This document shows positions 1-13,939 of a stretch of 64,000 nucleotides of DNA, one piece after another. Position numbers and translations under genes: made by a program. The first letter of the stretch is position 1. Every line of letters starts with the position of its first letter. The notes beneath the pieces are model-generated. The model did not search any database. It worked only from the letters and a program-made list of their open reading frames with translations, and was not told where the DNA came from. Origin of the DNA: Rhina ancylostomus (lineage: Eukaryota); the NCBI GenBank assembly GCA_030265395.1, contig JARFYF010000012.1, positions 22,350,708 through 22,414,707 on the forward strand, given 5' to 3'.

Positions 1-90
1 CGGGCTGCCCCCAGAACACTCTACACAAAAGATGCATTTCACTGTGTGTTTCAATGTACATGTGACTAATAAAGATACCTTACCTTACCT
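1..90 (+). mobile_element. 3' tail of a non-LTR retrotransposon (Rex/Babar-like)
   Basis: GCATTTCACTGTGTGTTTCAATGTACATGTGACTAATAAA followed by a short (ACCTT)n tail, resembling fish/elasmobranch Rex1-type 3' ends. Confidence 0.55.
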
Positions 91-2731
91 TGAAGGCTGG
101 TAGTATTTGGGTGAATATTTCTGGTAAGAATATTGCACAAACTACTATCTAGATATTCCAGAACTAAGATTGTTTGATTCCCACATACTTTGTCATCTTT
201 ATGAAAGCATCCAAGTGGTTATGTTTAAACCTGTCACTTTTCTCTCCAACAGTGATTTACAGGCAAAGTGATGCTATTCTAGGTACTAAACAAGGAAGGG
301 AAGGGCATACTGATGAATGTGGAAATGTGACAAATAAAAGCCAGCCTATCTGGTCTCCTGCTTTATTTAGTCCCTTTTCAAGACTGCAGCAGTTAGGTTT
401 AATCTCAACTTCAATGTCTATTTGTTTAATTGTTCCACATGATGGGACTGAACAAATTTCATTTTGAAATTATTTTTGCAACTCTCCATGGAAATCTGTT
501 GTTTGTGGCGATGATTGATTCAAACTGTAACTTAAATTCTGTTTGGTTCTCCCAGACAAACTTTCACAAAATATCTCTTCATCACTTTCATTATTCTAAA
601 AGTTTAGATATTATCTCATATTTTTCCTACCCCGATGAGAAATTTTATTCACTTAATCTCATTAATTATCGATATAGTCAGTGGCCTAGATCAATCTTTT
701 TTGGCCTTCTTTGAATTATTTCCACTGCCTCTTACGTTTGGCAGAAATGGTAACCAGAGCTATGTAATATAATCCAGAAGTAAGTTTGGGCATCAGTCAA
801 GCTTTTCCCATAGTCTTATATTACAAGAATAGCATTATAAAATAATTCTGAAGAAGAGGTTCCTCAGCATGTTGTACTTGTGCTGGCAATGTTGAAAGAA
901 AAATCTAAAGTTATTGCAAAATCTGCTTTCTCCACTCTTCAGCCAGATCATGAAAAAATTCTCATCTACTGGATGGAACAGACAATTTATGTATCGCCTA
1001 ATAAAAAGGATCTGTGCTACTTCATTATAGAGTGGAAATTAATGCCTAATTTCTGTTTAAAAAAAAGGTTTAGCCCTGCAGTCAATTACAGGCTCATTCA
1101 TCTTAGATATTTCCTGAGGTCAATTGTTCCGCTGTTGATTGGCAGCTCATTGCAGGTCTCTGACTTGCCAAAGATCGGTAGAAAAACAATAAGAAATGCA
1201 TTGAATTGCATTTTTAACAACTGCTTAATATTTGAAATGTGGCATCTGGTAAACAACAGTTTTTATGTACACAATAATAGAGATAGATTGTGATCAGTAG
1301 GGGTCCCACACTTCAGTTTTGGCACACACCACTGATTGCAACTGTCCTTTTGGAACTATTATCATTCTCCTTGTTACCTAAAGTATCACCCCCTATCTTG
1401 CCACACACTGCAGGAAAATAGGGCTGCACTGTTCAGCATCAATTGAAATTCTTCTATTGCCACCAGTTCCCAAACTAGGAAAACTGCTGTTTTCTCTACT
1501 GTGCTCACAGCATACAAATTCCAGCATGGACTAGATCAATGGTGGATTTATTTACCACCTGCACCCTACTACCAGTTCCCAGGATGGGGCAATGGAGTTG
1601 TGAGGCAGAAGCTCTACTGGCTGTGCCACTGTGCCGCCCCCATCTTCTCAAATAATGTTAAGCATAATTCCTATGATTTGGAATTAACTCTTAATAAATG
1701 GAATGGAATTATTTCCTTTGCAATAAGCTGATAATTATTTTCATTATAAATATTAAATTGTCATGATGCTTCTAGTCCTTTTATAAAATTAGACATTAAC
1801 AACTTCAGTCTATTTAAGTTGCAGTAATTTCATTAAAGGTTCTTAGAAGTGCAATTTCTAGTTCTTTTGCTTTAATTCTCTTGATTGGTGAAACACTCTG
1901 GTTATTTTCAGTGAATGCTCTTTATATTTTCCTTGAATTTGTGAATCATACATCCATCCAACCATTGACAAAGAACAATTTACTAGCGTGCAAATTGCTA
2001 TTAAAAATAAACAAGTCTCTATTCCAAAAGTATCTATAATGTATGGGTGATTTATTTGTTTAGTCATTACCTAGATACCATTTCTGTGGTTTGCAAAGAC
2101 CAGAAGTGCAGAGACCAGAAGCACAGATCCATTATTTTTAACACATCTGGCATTTACTGCTTACTGCTCTCTATCTTTTCCATGTAGCTTCTTTCTTCAC
2201 TGAAAGTTATCAATGAAAGAAGAAGTTTACACAGCAAGAAGAATAATCTACAGCCGAATTTGGAGATTTGCTCTGCAACTACTGACACTTAAAATAGACA
2301 TGCACCACATTCTATCCAGCTTTCTTTCTAAACCCAAAGACTTGCACTAATTGCAGAGTGTTGAAAATATTAAAGAGACACGAAACACAAACTGCAACGC
2401 CACATGTTTGACATGGAAAAACACTGAACTAAAATCTAATATCTATTTTTGAAGTCTGGAAACCTTTAAATTAATGGGGAAAGAGCTATATTAATTGACC
2501 TGATTACAGGGAGCTTTTGATAGAGCCAGCCTCTTTTTAGTTCAGCCTTTAGGCCTGTTGCTTTGTACAAATGATTAACAGCCTGCAAGAGGTAAATGCA
2601 TTTCATTGCTGCTGCAAAAACTTATTGAAAAGAACTTGGAAACCTGCTGCTTTGTTTTGAACTAAACCAATTATTTTTTTACCATTTTGTTTTATTTTTC
2701 ACATACTAAAAAGTAAATTAAGAGGAATAGC

Positions 2732-3350
2732 AAATCAAGTTTGATTCAGATAAGTGCGAGCTGTTGCATTTTGGAAAGTCAGGACTTTCACAGAGAATGG
2801 TAGGGAGGTGTTGTGTTGTGGGAAGTGATTTAGAACAGAGAGACCATGGAGTTCAGGTATATGGTTCCTTTAAAGTGGAGTCACAGGCAGACAGGGTGGT
2901 GAAGAAGGATTTTGGCACTCTGGTCTTCATCAGTTAGGGGATTGAGTATAGATGTTGGGAGGTTATGTTGGAATTGTACAAGATGCTGGTGAGGCCACAC
3001 TTGGTGTATTGAGTTCAGCTTTGGTCACCCTGCTATAGAAAAATTGTTATTAAACTGGAATGAGTGCAGAAAAGATTTACAAGGACGTTGCCGGGACTCA
3101 AAGGACTGAGTTATAGGGAGAGGTTGGACATGCTCGGACATTTTACCCTTGAAGTGCAGGAGATTTTATAAAGGCATATAAAATCATGAAATAATTGACT
3201 TGAAAACAAGATACAAGACAATAGGTGAAGACAGTAGATTCCGAAGGATGTGAGCTAAATGCAGGCAAATGGGACTAGCTTGGATGGGCACCCTGGTCAG
3301 CATGGACCAATTGGGTCGAAGGTCTGTTTCTGTGCTGGATGACTCTATCC
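2732..3350 (+). mobile_element. CR1 LINE, decayed RT C-terminus and 3' tail
   Basis: Translates to DKCELLHFGK, LYKMLVRPHL, WSPCY, VQKRFTRTLPGLKGLSYRERL (CR1 ORF2 motifs). Ends GGTCGAAGGTCTGTTTCTGTGCTGGATGACTCTAT (CR1 tail). Confidence 0.9.
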
Positions 3351-6300
3351 CGTCTTCATCTATCTTCTTGGATCTTCTTTTCAAGTCAATTATTTCATAA
3401 ACATCTCCTACAAAGCAACTGCTTCTCTTTCAATGTTTTGCTCCCAGGATAAATTCTTCCATGCAAGCAAATAATGATGAAGATGCTTGGTTAATACTTG
3501 CTTATTAGGTACTCCTGGAATTCAGAGTGTACAACATTGATACCTGTATGCCACTAAATTGCATCTTCTTCACTAAATTGAATCCTTTAATCTGATGGCA
3601 AAATTGCAGAACCATGTTAATGTATTTTAAAAAATTGTCTCTTTAATGCAGAGAAACACTAAAATGTAAAATGTGCAATATTGTTCCTTTTGTTAGATGC
3701 AATTTAAAGCACATTTACCTGTGACTGATATATAATGAAATGTAGACTGAGGAGCAAGTTGTGTTCAAAGCACTGTCCTTTCACCAATTCCACTTAAGCT
3801 GAAATCCACCACAGAAAAAAGGATTTAACATCTTGCTTCAATAGAAATTATGAACTAATTTACTTCACCCAGTCTTGATGTGTAGTGAGTGCCTTTTGAG
3901 AAGAAAGTAAAATGGAAATGGCAAAGCTGGTCATTAATATGGAATCAGTACTGAAATAAAGGCCAACATTCATGAGTCATGAAATAATTCTGTTCAGTCT
4001 TCATTTTGAAAGTACTTTCACTGCCTCATGTTACATCTGAATTAGTAGTACACTGTAATATTGCACCCACTCAGACAAGTGCTTGATAAAACTTGATGAG
4101 AATGTAATGATGCCTATATTGATCCAAGCCAGAAGTTCCAGCTTTATCAGAATTTACATGTGAAGGTATGCAGAGAAGCTGAAGAGAAGAAAGCTGTACA
4201 CTCAGTGACAGTTCACCTCTGTAATGCAGAAAGCAATCAACCCACTCAAAGCTGAAATATCATTGCTGACAAATAATCAAAAACCTGGAAGGTCTAAATG
4301 GAGCAGCAAAAAAAAATAATGGGACATTGGCAAACTTGATATTAATTCAAGCTGACATAATGATATGTCACTTCAATTCTGGAATGGCTACAGGATTTAC
4401 ATAATGGCTGTGTGCCTTTAAGAAAACAGAGGAACAAACTTTCTTTGCCTTGCTTTATCTATGGGATAACTGTAATATCTCTGCAGACAACTCGGCAGGA
4501 GTTTTCTACCAACAAACACAGGACAGCATTGTCTGCATGACAGTTTCTATCATTATGGCCAGCACCCAGATTTGTGCACAATGTACTGCTACAACATCTG
4601 CCACGTTGCACTGATTCAGGAACATTCTGCAATGGAAACTCGTGCCCTGTAACTTCCTGACACATTGTCACATATTAATTGCTCTGCTGGTTAGTTCCTA
4701 TAGCCTGAATACATGACAAGTCACTCCAGTGACATTGTAGTTGCAAGAACAAAAAAAATTTGCAACTATCAATGTCCCATAAAAAATCTTGATGAGATAT
4801 TGAAGAACTACAAAGATATATAAAGACTGAAGAATAATCTCATTCAGACAGATCACTATGAATTACTCCTTTGTGTTAAATTTCTTCCATTACCATATTG
4901 TTCTTAAAGCTTTAAAGAAAATATATTCTAAAGAACAATAGCTCTTTGTAAATTAGTCTGTCAGGCTGTGGCTTACAAGCAAGCCAGTAGCACGATCTTC
5001 TAAAATTTAGTCAATTGAATGAAGTTCAACATAAAGAAAACCAGGTATCACCAAGGGCATAAGATTTGCAGATTTTAATTAGCTTTGTTAAGATATAATG
5101 AAACTACCAATTACATATGGAAAACTGTAATATTTCTTCAGACAAGAAAGTTAGCGCTTTAAAGATAAAAAAAGAAAGTCACAATCTGCATCTGTTAATA
5201 GCTCCAAACCATCAACTCAACAAACAGCCTTAACACCCAATTGACAATACAGAAGTCATTTTGTTAAAATTTGTAAATCGCCTTAAACTGCTTTGTGTTA
5301 AATGCATAAATTGTTCACTTTCATTCCTTCTTAAATGACGTGTGGGCTTCTATTGCACTGATGAAATAAATTGAAATGAATGGTAGCCTCCATAAGTAGC
5401 AATATTTCAGACATACCTGTATTCAGATGTTACCGTATGCAGCTAATGAAATATTTGCAAATGCTATATGATGCTGTTCTGAAAACTGAAAAGGCCATTA
5501 AATAGTTTATGGTTAAAGTTTAAATGTTCTTTCGTGTTGTTGTAATTATAATCATTAGCAACTTTGTAGTGTAGCTGCAATAAATGGTGTGGGAAGAGCA
5601 GCAGCATCAAATCAAATTTCCTTACATAGAAAATGGATCACATAGTTCGATGTTTTTGTAGGCTATACAATTCAATTTCAATAAATCAAATATTCATAGG
5701 AAAATCAAGGACTTTGTACGACCTACAAAGTCTTAGATTTTCCTTCTGGGCCTCTGATGTGCTAACAGCTGGAGGAGGCCAGATGCACCGTAACGTCCAA
5801 CAGTTCACAAAGCATGCCTGGATGCTACATCCTTGACTTTGGTTAACTTGTACATGGTCTGGGGATTCAAGGTCCGCATTTGCAGAAGCAGGCCTTCACA
5901 ACACTTGTGAGATCTGCTTTACTGTTACTTGAAGGGGAACTGCCTGAATAGGTACCAGCCCAGGGAGTCTGGCTCTGGTATTCCAGATAAAATCCATAGA
6001 TAATTGGGAATATCCTTACCTATTTGGTCTCCTAACTGTAGACCTTTGTTCCCACACCTAGCCTACATACCGCTTACAATCCACACTGACCCCTTACTGA
6101 CCATTATCCTGACACCTCTACTGACTTCTGACCCTAACACCTCTCCAACCTCTGGCCATGCACTTCCTCCTCCATGCCTGACTATCCCTTGACCTGACAC
6201 CACTACAATTCTCTGACCCTGATTTAACTGCACTGTTCCTCCCTCCCTCCTCAATGCTATTACTATAATTCAGGCATGGTTTTCTATTAACAGGGCAACT

Positions 6301-6854
6301 GCCAATGGGAACATCTGAATTCAATCCAAGTGAAAGACACTGTACATTTATCTGAGGATTAGCTTAAGTAGAATTGAGATTTTGTCTTCATTGCTGCATT
6401 ATAAAATTTAAGTTTTCTATTCAATCAGCTGAAACATTGAGAATAATAGTGGATAGCCCAAAACCTAATTTGACATATTTAATTTACCAGAAATTACACA
6501 TCTGGGAAATTAATTTATGACCCTTTTCAGAAAAATGCCACATGGAGTGCACATTGATTCAGGATTCCTGTTTCACGACGCTGAAATCAACAACATAATT
6601 GCTCATGTACAGTCCGCCTGCACATTCCATTCACCACCGTTACATAATTTTGATGATCTCCCATCTACCGGAATTTAGAATGCAGCACCTGTAACCACAG
6701 CAATTGAATATTATGATATCTGTTGTTTTATATTTACAATCATTTCAATTTGAAGTCAACGGCATCATCTACTTGTTTCAATATTTAACTCTAGGAATCT
6801 GACTGAATGATTAGTCGCAATGAGAGCTGCAAATTATCATGGAATAGTACGGTA

Positions 6855-7300
6855 TAGATGAGGTCAGTAGGCCCATCAAACCTGTTGGCTCTTTCAAAGA
6901 GTTCTCCAGTTCATCTCACTCTTCAGTTTTTCCCCATATCCTTGCAAATGTTTCTCCTTCAAGGACTTACCCAATTCCCTCTGAGGACTATAACTGAAAC
7001 TGTATCTGCCACCTGTCAGTCTATGGATCCAAATCCTAATTAGTCTCTGCTACAAAAGTCTTTCCTTAATGGCACTTCTAGTTTTTTTGACAGTAAATAC
7101 AAATTGGTTTCATTTGGTATCAATCCTTCATCCATTTGAAACTGTTACTCCATATTTACTCTATCTGCACCCTTTATAATTTTAAATACCTTAATCAAAT
7201 TACCTCATAGCCTTCACTATTCTAAAGAGAACCACCCAAGCTTCTTCAGCTACTCTAGGTATCTGTAACCCTGCATTCCTGCAACTAATCCTGTGAATCA
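6855..7300 (-). mobile_element. CR1 LINE 3' fragment, highly decayed
   Basis: Reverse-strand CR1-like 3' region (ATAATTTTAAATACCTTAATCAAATTACCTCATAGCCTTCACTATTCTAAAGAGAACCACCCAAGC), similar to the copy at 56.2-57.0 kb. Confidence 0.7.
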
Positions 7301-8524
7301 CTTATTTTCATATAAGTTCAATATAACATTTTGTATTTGTAAATTTTGCCTTTATTTACATGTTTCAGAATCTCTTTGTTCACCTATCCTGCCACCTACA
7401 AAGGTCTGTACACTGACATGAACAAGTATCTCTTTTCTTGCACCCCTTTATTGTACATGCTACAGCACGTATCATGTCTTCATATTTCCTACCAAGATGC
7501 ATCACCTCAGTTTCCTTCACCTGTCATGTGTCTGTCCATTCTATCCTGTCTATGCACTCTTTCTCTATGAATATCTACTTAACATTTACTGCAGTAATCC
7601 TAGGCATGAACTTTGAGAATCACTAATGTACACTTCAAATTCCAGTTATTTGCACAATTTTGTGCCCACACTTTTGTTGTGCCTTTTATTCGAAAGGATT
7701 CAATCTTGCTAATGAGTAGCTGTGATTCCGAAAGCTAACTTTACACCTTTCAGCTAAAGCTACATCTAATAAATAATGATATCTCAACATTGATCAGCAC
7801 AAATGGCCACCAACAGCCATTCATTCTATCTGCACTTGTCCAATGGCTTATTATGAACCATTGCACTGGAACATTTTGATGATGAAGTTCAATAGAGTGA
7901 GGGATTATCTACAGGGGATCTCGAACTTGTGTGAACATGGCAAGCAACTGTCTTTCTCCTCAACTAACAAGTTTGAAGAATTTAAACTGAGGTACGCAGA
8001 GTCATAGTGAAGATGAGAGTTAGTATGATTAATTGAATACCAAATCATATAAAGAAAGCAAAATAAAGAGAGGGATAGAAAGATTATAATTGTGAGAAAG
8101 AGGCAAACAAACTGATACTTCTGTATCCACTTAAATAGCATTCAGAAACACGTTTCAAATTGGAGTAAAACTTGCAAATAAATTAACATATTCATGTATT
8201 TTGGAGCTGTATACTGCAAATGTACAGGCCTTGTATATGAGGGGTACGTCAATCCAGATAGGACATTGCCTACCTGGGTTCCAGCTATATAAACCGGTGA
8301 ACAAATTACAGAGTCATTTAAATTACATAATATTCTAAAGCAATGCACCAGTTAAGTTTTAATACATTTACAAAGGCCACTTTAGCTTGCTCTAAAGTCA
8401 GATAACAGAAACGTGATGACAATCAGAAAATTAACTATTGTAACACTACTGGTGGTGTAGCGAAGTTGCTGAACATATTTTGAGCTAAGAAATGCATGGT
8501 CCACCCATTGCATGCTTTTTTTAA

Positions 8525-8848
8525 GTCATGCAGCACAAAAACAGGCCCTTTGACTCATGATGTCCATGCTGATCATCAAGCACTCATCTACACTAATTCC
8601 ATTTTTCCTCTCACATCCCCATCAACAGCTCTCGACGCCAATTCTCCTGTCAGCCACCTTCACTAAGGGGCAACTTACAGTGGCAAATTAGCCTCCCAAC
8701 CAACACATCTTGGCATGTGGGAGAAAACTGGAATAAACCCAAGCAGTAAAAGGGGGAGAATGCAAACACCACATGGGCAGGATTAAAGGTCAGGATCAAA
8801 GCCTAGTTTCTGGAGGTGTGAGGCAGCAGTGCTAACCATTGCACTGCT
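8525..8848 (-). mobile_element. tRNA-derived SINE (HE1/V-SINE-like) with CR1-type tail
   Basis: TGTGGGAGAAAACTGGA...GGAGAATGCAAACACCACA...GAGGCAGCAGTGCTAACCATTGCAC. Homologous to copies at 9.6-9.9 kb and 49.8 kb. Confidence 0.8.
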
Positions 8849-9620
8849 GAGCTACTGTGACATCCTGCTGGCATTTAACTGTAGGGGGCACTTCTTTGGA
8901 GTTCTAATGCATTAATGTTCTTCCATATTTTTCAAACACATAAGGTGATTAAAAAATGGAACCTAACTAAAAGAAAATCACTATTTCTGGAGATTAACTA
9001 ACATCATTGTTTTGTCAGAAATGTTTCTATAATCCTCTAAGCACCTATTTGGGTTTACCAGTTAAACCATACGATTCTGTATTGAATCTAAATAAGATCA
9101 GATTTGAAGTGAAACAGAAATAAAGTTGAAATAACAATTTCAGTTATCCATAATCTTCAGGGTTTTTTAGCTTCATCATTGAACAAATGAAGAATTAATC
9201 TTCTACTCAGCAAAGATTGTTCTTTGGGTAAATAAATGTTACAAGGGACTAAATCATAATGATGAAATAGGAGGGGGGAAGTTGGGTGATTGAAGTTTCG
9301 GAGCCAGATAGCTGTAGCAAATTATAAACCAGTGGGGAGTGAGCAAAAAACAAAAGCAGGAAGAATCTGAACTGAGCTGAGAACTTTACTGGTGTTACTC
9401 ACAAAGCTGCTCTATTCTGGAGGTCTGAAGGATTGGAAGGAACTCAACTGATGCAATGTGGCAAGTGACATTTTCCAATTCTGCTCATGAAAATCTTATT
9501 CTCATGAATTGGAACAGTTAATTACAGAGACACTTAGAATCACAGTCTTAGCAATTTCTGATCCTCAGTTTTGTTTCCAAATTTACCCACAAAAAGCCAC
9601 TAATCATATTTATATTTTCT

Positions 9621-9918
9621 TACGGCATTCAAAAGGTCCATTCAGCCCGTGGGAACAATCTGACCAACCTCAGTTCCCCAGTTATTTCCTGTAACCCACT
9701 CTCTCTCACATGGCCATCAATTCCACCCAGATTCTCACATCATCCAACAGCACCAAGGATAATTTAAAGTAACTAATTACCCAACTAACTTTAGGATGTG
9801 GGAGGACACCAGAGTATCCAGGGGAAACTCCACACAGACATCACCAGAGGTCAGGACTGAACCCAAGCTGATGGAACCATGAGGCATCAGCACTACCTCC
9901 TGCACCACAGTGCCAGCC
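9621..9918 (-). mobile_element. tRNA-derived SINE (HE1/V-SINE-like)
   Basis: GGATGTGGGAGGACACCAGAG...AAACTCCACACAGAC...GAGGTCAGGACTGAACCC...GCACCAC; same family as 8525-8848. Confidence 0.8.
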
Positions 9919-11689
9919 ACTTGCTGGAGATCAGGATGTGTGATCTTGCAGATAACTATCGGGAACTGAATGAAACTATCCAGTTAAGTGCTATCAACTG
10001 CTTCTTATCCCAACATGCATTAAAATCCTCTAATTCTTTGGTGTGTCGATCAATCAATGCAATGGATTAACTCCTAAATAGGGTAAGCTATGCAGCCTTG
10101 GAATTCAAGTCTGTAAACAGTTGGTCGGACAGGTGTTATTTAACATCCCCCATCAGCTGCTGCGTGACTCTTCTTAAAATAATATGTCAGTTGTTCACCA
10201 TTTTAAGCCCTCAGGGTGACTGGTGATTGAACACAATTTATTAAGGCACACAGACATTATAACTGTCTCTCCAGCTACTTTCTGTGAAACTGCACTCAGG
10301 ATAAATTTAAGTGGGTGAAGGGTCATTCACTGAATTAGGTTTCATCCTTTTCCAAAAAAATATAAAGACATTGTTCTGTGAGTCATTGTAAAGCTTCCAA
10401 AAGAGTTCTCATTATAATAGGGCTAATTACTGAAAAATATTCAGACGTTTAAATGGTTTATATCTTGAATTTGTTACATCATGTGCAGTTTTATTAAAGC
10501 TTGAAGTTGGATCTGTTTCAACATACATTCTGCTTCTTGTGTTCGACCCTGAAATATAACCATTGTTAAGTCTCAGTCAGATGGAGTGAGGGAATATTAC
10601 ATTTACAGTTTTTGGAGAAAACACTTCTGCCAATGTCACAGACTAAACCATTTAAAACAAAAATAAATGAGTTTAAATAATCAGGTGGCTTCAGACTTTG
10701 GAATAGGACGCAGACAGCACCCCTCTAAAAAATAATTGACAGCAACTGAATACAAAGCCTGCAAAAACACAGTTTTGCCTGAAGGATTTGCAGTGACAGC
10801 TTTCATAGGCCACTTGGGAAATCAGCTACCAAAGAAGGAAAACCTGCGTCTTCCCCCAGGACTGCCTGTGAAACTGAGTGCTGCAGACAGACTACTCCCT
10901 GGACCACTGAGGAAACTAGACCTCATAGATTCTTAGGCTAGTCAAAGTCAGACACTTGTTGCCAACTCAGATCTACTAGGATAGTGGGTTTGCAGGAGGG
11001 GCAGCAGAAGAAAGTTCATGGGAGCAGTAATAATAATTCTGATAAAGCAGAGAATGACAGAAAAGGGAAAGGTTCATACGCTTTTGATGAGAAGGGCTCA
11101 CATACTTCTCCTACCCTCCACAGTCACAGTCTGTAGACTTCAAGGCAACTGTTATGATTTGTTCTTCTCCAGATACTGTTTCCTGAGACCAACATAAAAG
11201 CCATAGGCAAACCCACGTTTCTTCTGAACTAAAGTGAGACCCTCTGCATGAAAGAAAACAGGAAAGCATACACAAATGATTAACTTGTTGTCTCAAGACT
11301 TCTATAAACGATTTACACTGCATTGTGGTATAACTTCAAAACTTAATTAATACAGGTCCTTGCAGGAACTTTACCAACAAACAGAACTGCCATGTTCAAA
11401 GCAGCAATTTATGTCTGCTTCGCGATGGCATACAAATTGTGTCTGTAACTAACAGATCCACAATAGTCTCAAATGCAGTGTAGACTGGTGTCATGCAGAG
11501 TTGTGTCATAATCCCATCAATTTCTCAGTCTTTCTCACTGCATTGCTTCACATAACATCCAACAGGCTTCCTGCTAGGATGGAACTAATCTAGAGAAGAA
11601 ATGGGAAACCATTCATCCTGCATTAGTTCCACTCCAGAATCAAGATCACCCATCAAAATGCAGCAGCCAGATGGCAACTACACCTAAAG

Positions 11690-12115
11690 ACATTCAGAGG
11701 CTGAGCTCCAAGAAATCACCAGACTCCCAGATGCACGCTGTGTTCCGAGCTCTGTTCGTGCAAAAGAGATTATCAGGAGGATGGTGGAAAAATATGAAGA
11801 ATATTCTCAAAGCAACCTTGAAAAAATGTAACATCCTTACTGACTATAGGAATCCCTGAAATTTGCCTGCCCATAATAGAGAAGCATGTGGGCGATACTG
11901 AAAACTTCAAGTCCATTCATCTGGACTGCACATAAGCCCAGTATAAATGGGGGAAGAAGTGCACTGCTCCCTGAACTACCCACGTGTCTGCCCTATTGAG
12001 CATCTTCTGCCCCACTTGTGCCGGAGACTGCAGATCCCACAGTTGCCTTATCAACCTCAGTGGAACCCATGGAACTGGAATGGAAGCAAATCATCCTCAG
12101 TCTGAGGCTCTGTCT
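11690..12115 (+). mobile_element. RTE-clade LINE 3' end, decayed
   Basis: ORF-track peptides KRLSGGWWKNMKNILKATLKKCNI and CPTCAGDCRSHSCLINL match the RTE C-terminus (GGQRKRFKDxLK, terminal CPTCxxxC zinc knuckle). Confidence 0.85.
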
Positions 12116-13939
12116 CGGTTGAATAAGACTGGCAAATTTAGATGGAAGGAACAACAGGTCTCTTTTGAAAGAAGTAATTAATCAGTTGTGCATCATTTGA
12201 AGAGACAAACACATTAGGTCCCTGTATGTTTATAAAGAAAATGGGTGATCCAGTGATTGAACTGGAATGGCCTCAGTGAATTTCCTGCCAAAATAATTTT
12301 TAAGCTAAGTTACAGAACTGGCCAGACTGTAATTCATATCAAAATTGTCAGATTAGCGTAATCATAAAACGCTTATCCCGCACCTCTCAGCAAGGCAACA
12401 GAACCTCATCTGAATAACTGATAGCTTATTATTCACACATTGGCCGCCTGTAGTGCGTGATAAGTATTGGATCGGACTGTGCTCAATGGACCTGCTGCCT
12501 GTGCTAGCCCCACAGCCTCACTAACTTTTTGTGACAGGGTGGCTCCCAAAGGCCCTGAGGTCTCAGTTCCATGGCCAACCTACAAGCGGAGTGGGCTGCA
12601 AGTGCAACTTGGCCCTTGAGCCACTGCCTGCCCCAGCACCATTATGACAGTCTTTGACTACTCATACTGCCAACTGCTCCCTTTGGACTGTGCGTGTTTT
12701 CATCGGACAATCAAGATTTGTTCCTGTATCACCCGTCCTCCTTGATGAAATCAGGGACAACAGAGAAAAGCAGAAAGCAAAGACAATTGACTTATATAGT
12801 AACAAACAAGGGAGTGTTACATTCCAGTTGACTGGCATGCATCCCATCAGATTAGTAACAATATATGGCATCTAAGTAATGCCATATTAAACCAAGAAGT
12901 TGATTTTCCACTCCGACCCATCTCAGGATCGGTTGGGGTGTACAAGTATGTCTTGATCTCAGCTGAGTGCAGATGTTGTTTTAGGTTCAGTTTATTTCAA
13001 AAGGCTGATCAAGCACCAAGTGGGGCTGTTAATTTAGAAATGCGAGTCACTATAAATCAGCGCCAGGAAATTGTGCTGTATCACAGATCTTAAATGACTG
13101 TAGCATTAGGTATCTCAAATGGCATTTTAGCCTTGGGCTTTGCCTGCTGTGCCTGCTGTCCTCTATTCTGCAGTTCTGTTACATCAAACATTCAGGAAAT
13201 CCCAGGAAGATGTCAGGGACACCTTGCAGACCTCTTGATAGTCACTTGGAAGGGCCTCCAGGAAACAGAGGTGGTTTTCTGCTTGAACCTTCGATTGAGC
13301 TTTACCCACATGAAGTCTGGTCCCAAGAACAGAACAGTGGATACTTTGTTTATCCCACAAGAAACTATTATTCACAATCTGTCATCTTCATATCGCAAAT
13401 CAGAGTTGTCTTCTAGGTATAATCCAAAAAGTATGGCCAGGGGAACTGCCTTTTCACTAAGAATTCTAGCTGATCCAATTCAATTAAACCACGTGTGTAA
13501 CTCAACAAAGTATTACAGTGACATAAGACATAACCCCTATAATACTCATTATTATGTGCAAAGTCAAAGCCTAGGTTTTGCTGTTGGCAAATGGAAGTGT
13601 GATGAATAAGAAACAGTTTAAGCCTCAACAATGTGCACCAAGATGACCAATGAATAAACCGTCTAGTCTACAGCTGATATCCAAATTGATGTTACTGAGT
13701 ATAGTTTGATTCTCAGACTCCTAAACTTAGTTCACTACTCCCAGCTAATGCTTATAAACTTTGACATTGTCTTCTGACTCTTCCATCACTATCTAAGCAG
13801 GTTGCAGTCCTCAGTCATTTGAAGGGAGGAAGACACAAGGTGAGGGATCTAATGAAGGAGGGCAAAAGGCAGAAGAGGTACCTAGTGCACCAGCTACAAC
13901 TTGTAAATCAGAAGTGATTGTAGGATGAAAGGTTGGTTA

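Noticed and set aside
3719-3798. Minus-strand segment with acceptor and CAG|GTAAAT donor
   Set aside because: Stops in all three frames and no other support; could only be a non-coding exon
6060-6250. C-rich quasi-repeat (CTGACC-like units) producing overlapping ORFs
   Set aside because: Low-complexity decayed sequence, probably a transposon intron or old microsatellite
8877-8892. CTCF-like AACTGTAGGGGGCACT (and TCACCAGCGGCGCTA at ~19917)
   Set aside because: Mismatch or missing base at core positions; such matches are expected by chance
13094-13609. Longest N-free ORF (171 aa)
   Set aside because: No recognisable domain or convincing splice boundaries; length is compatible with chance in six frames of 64 kb
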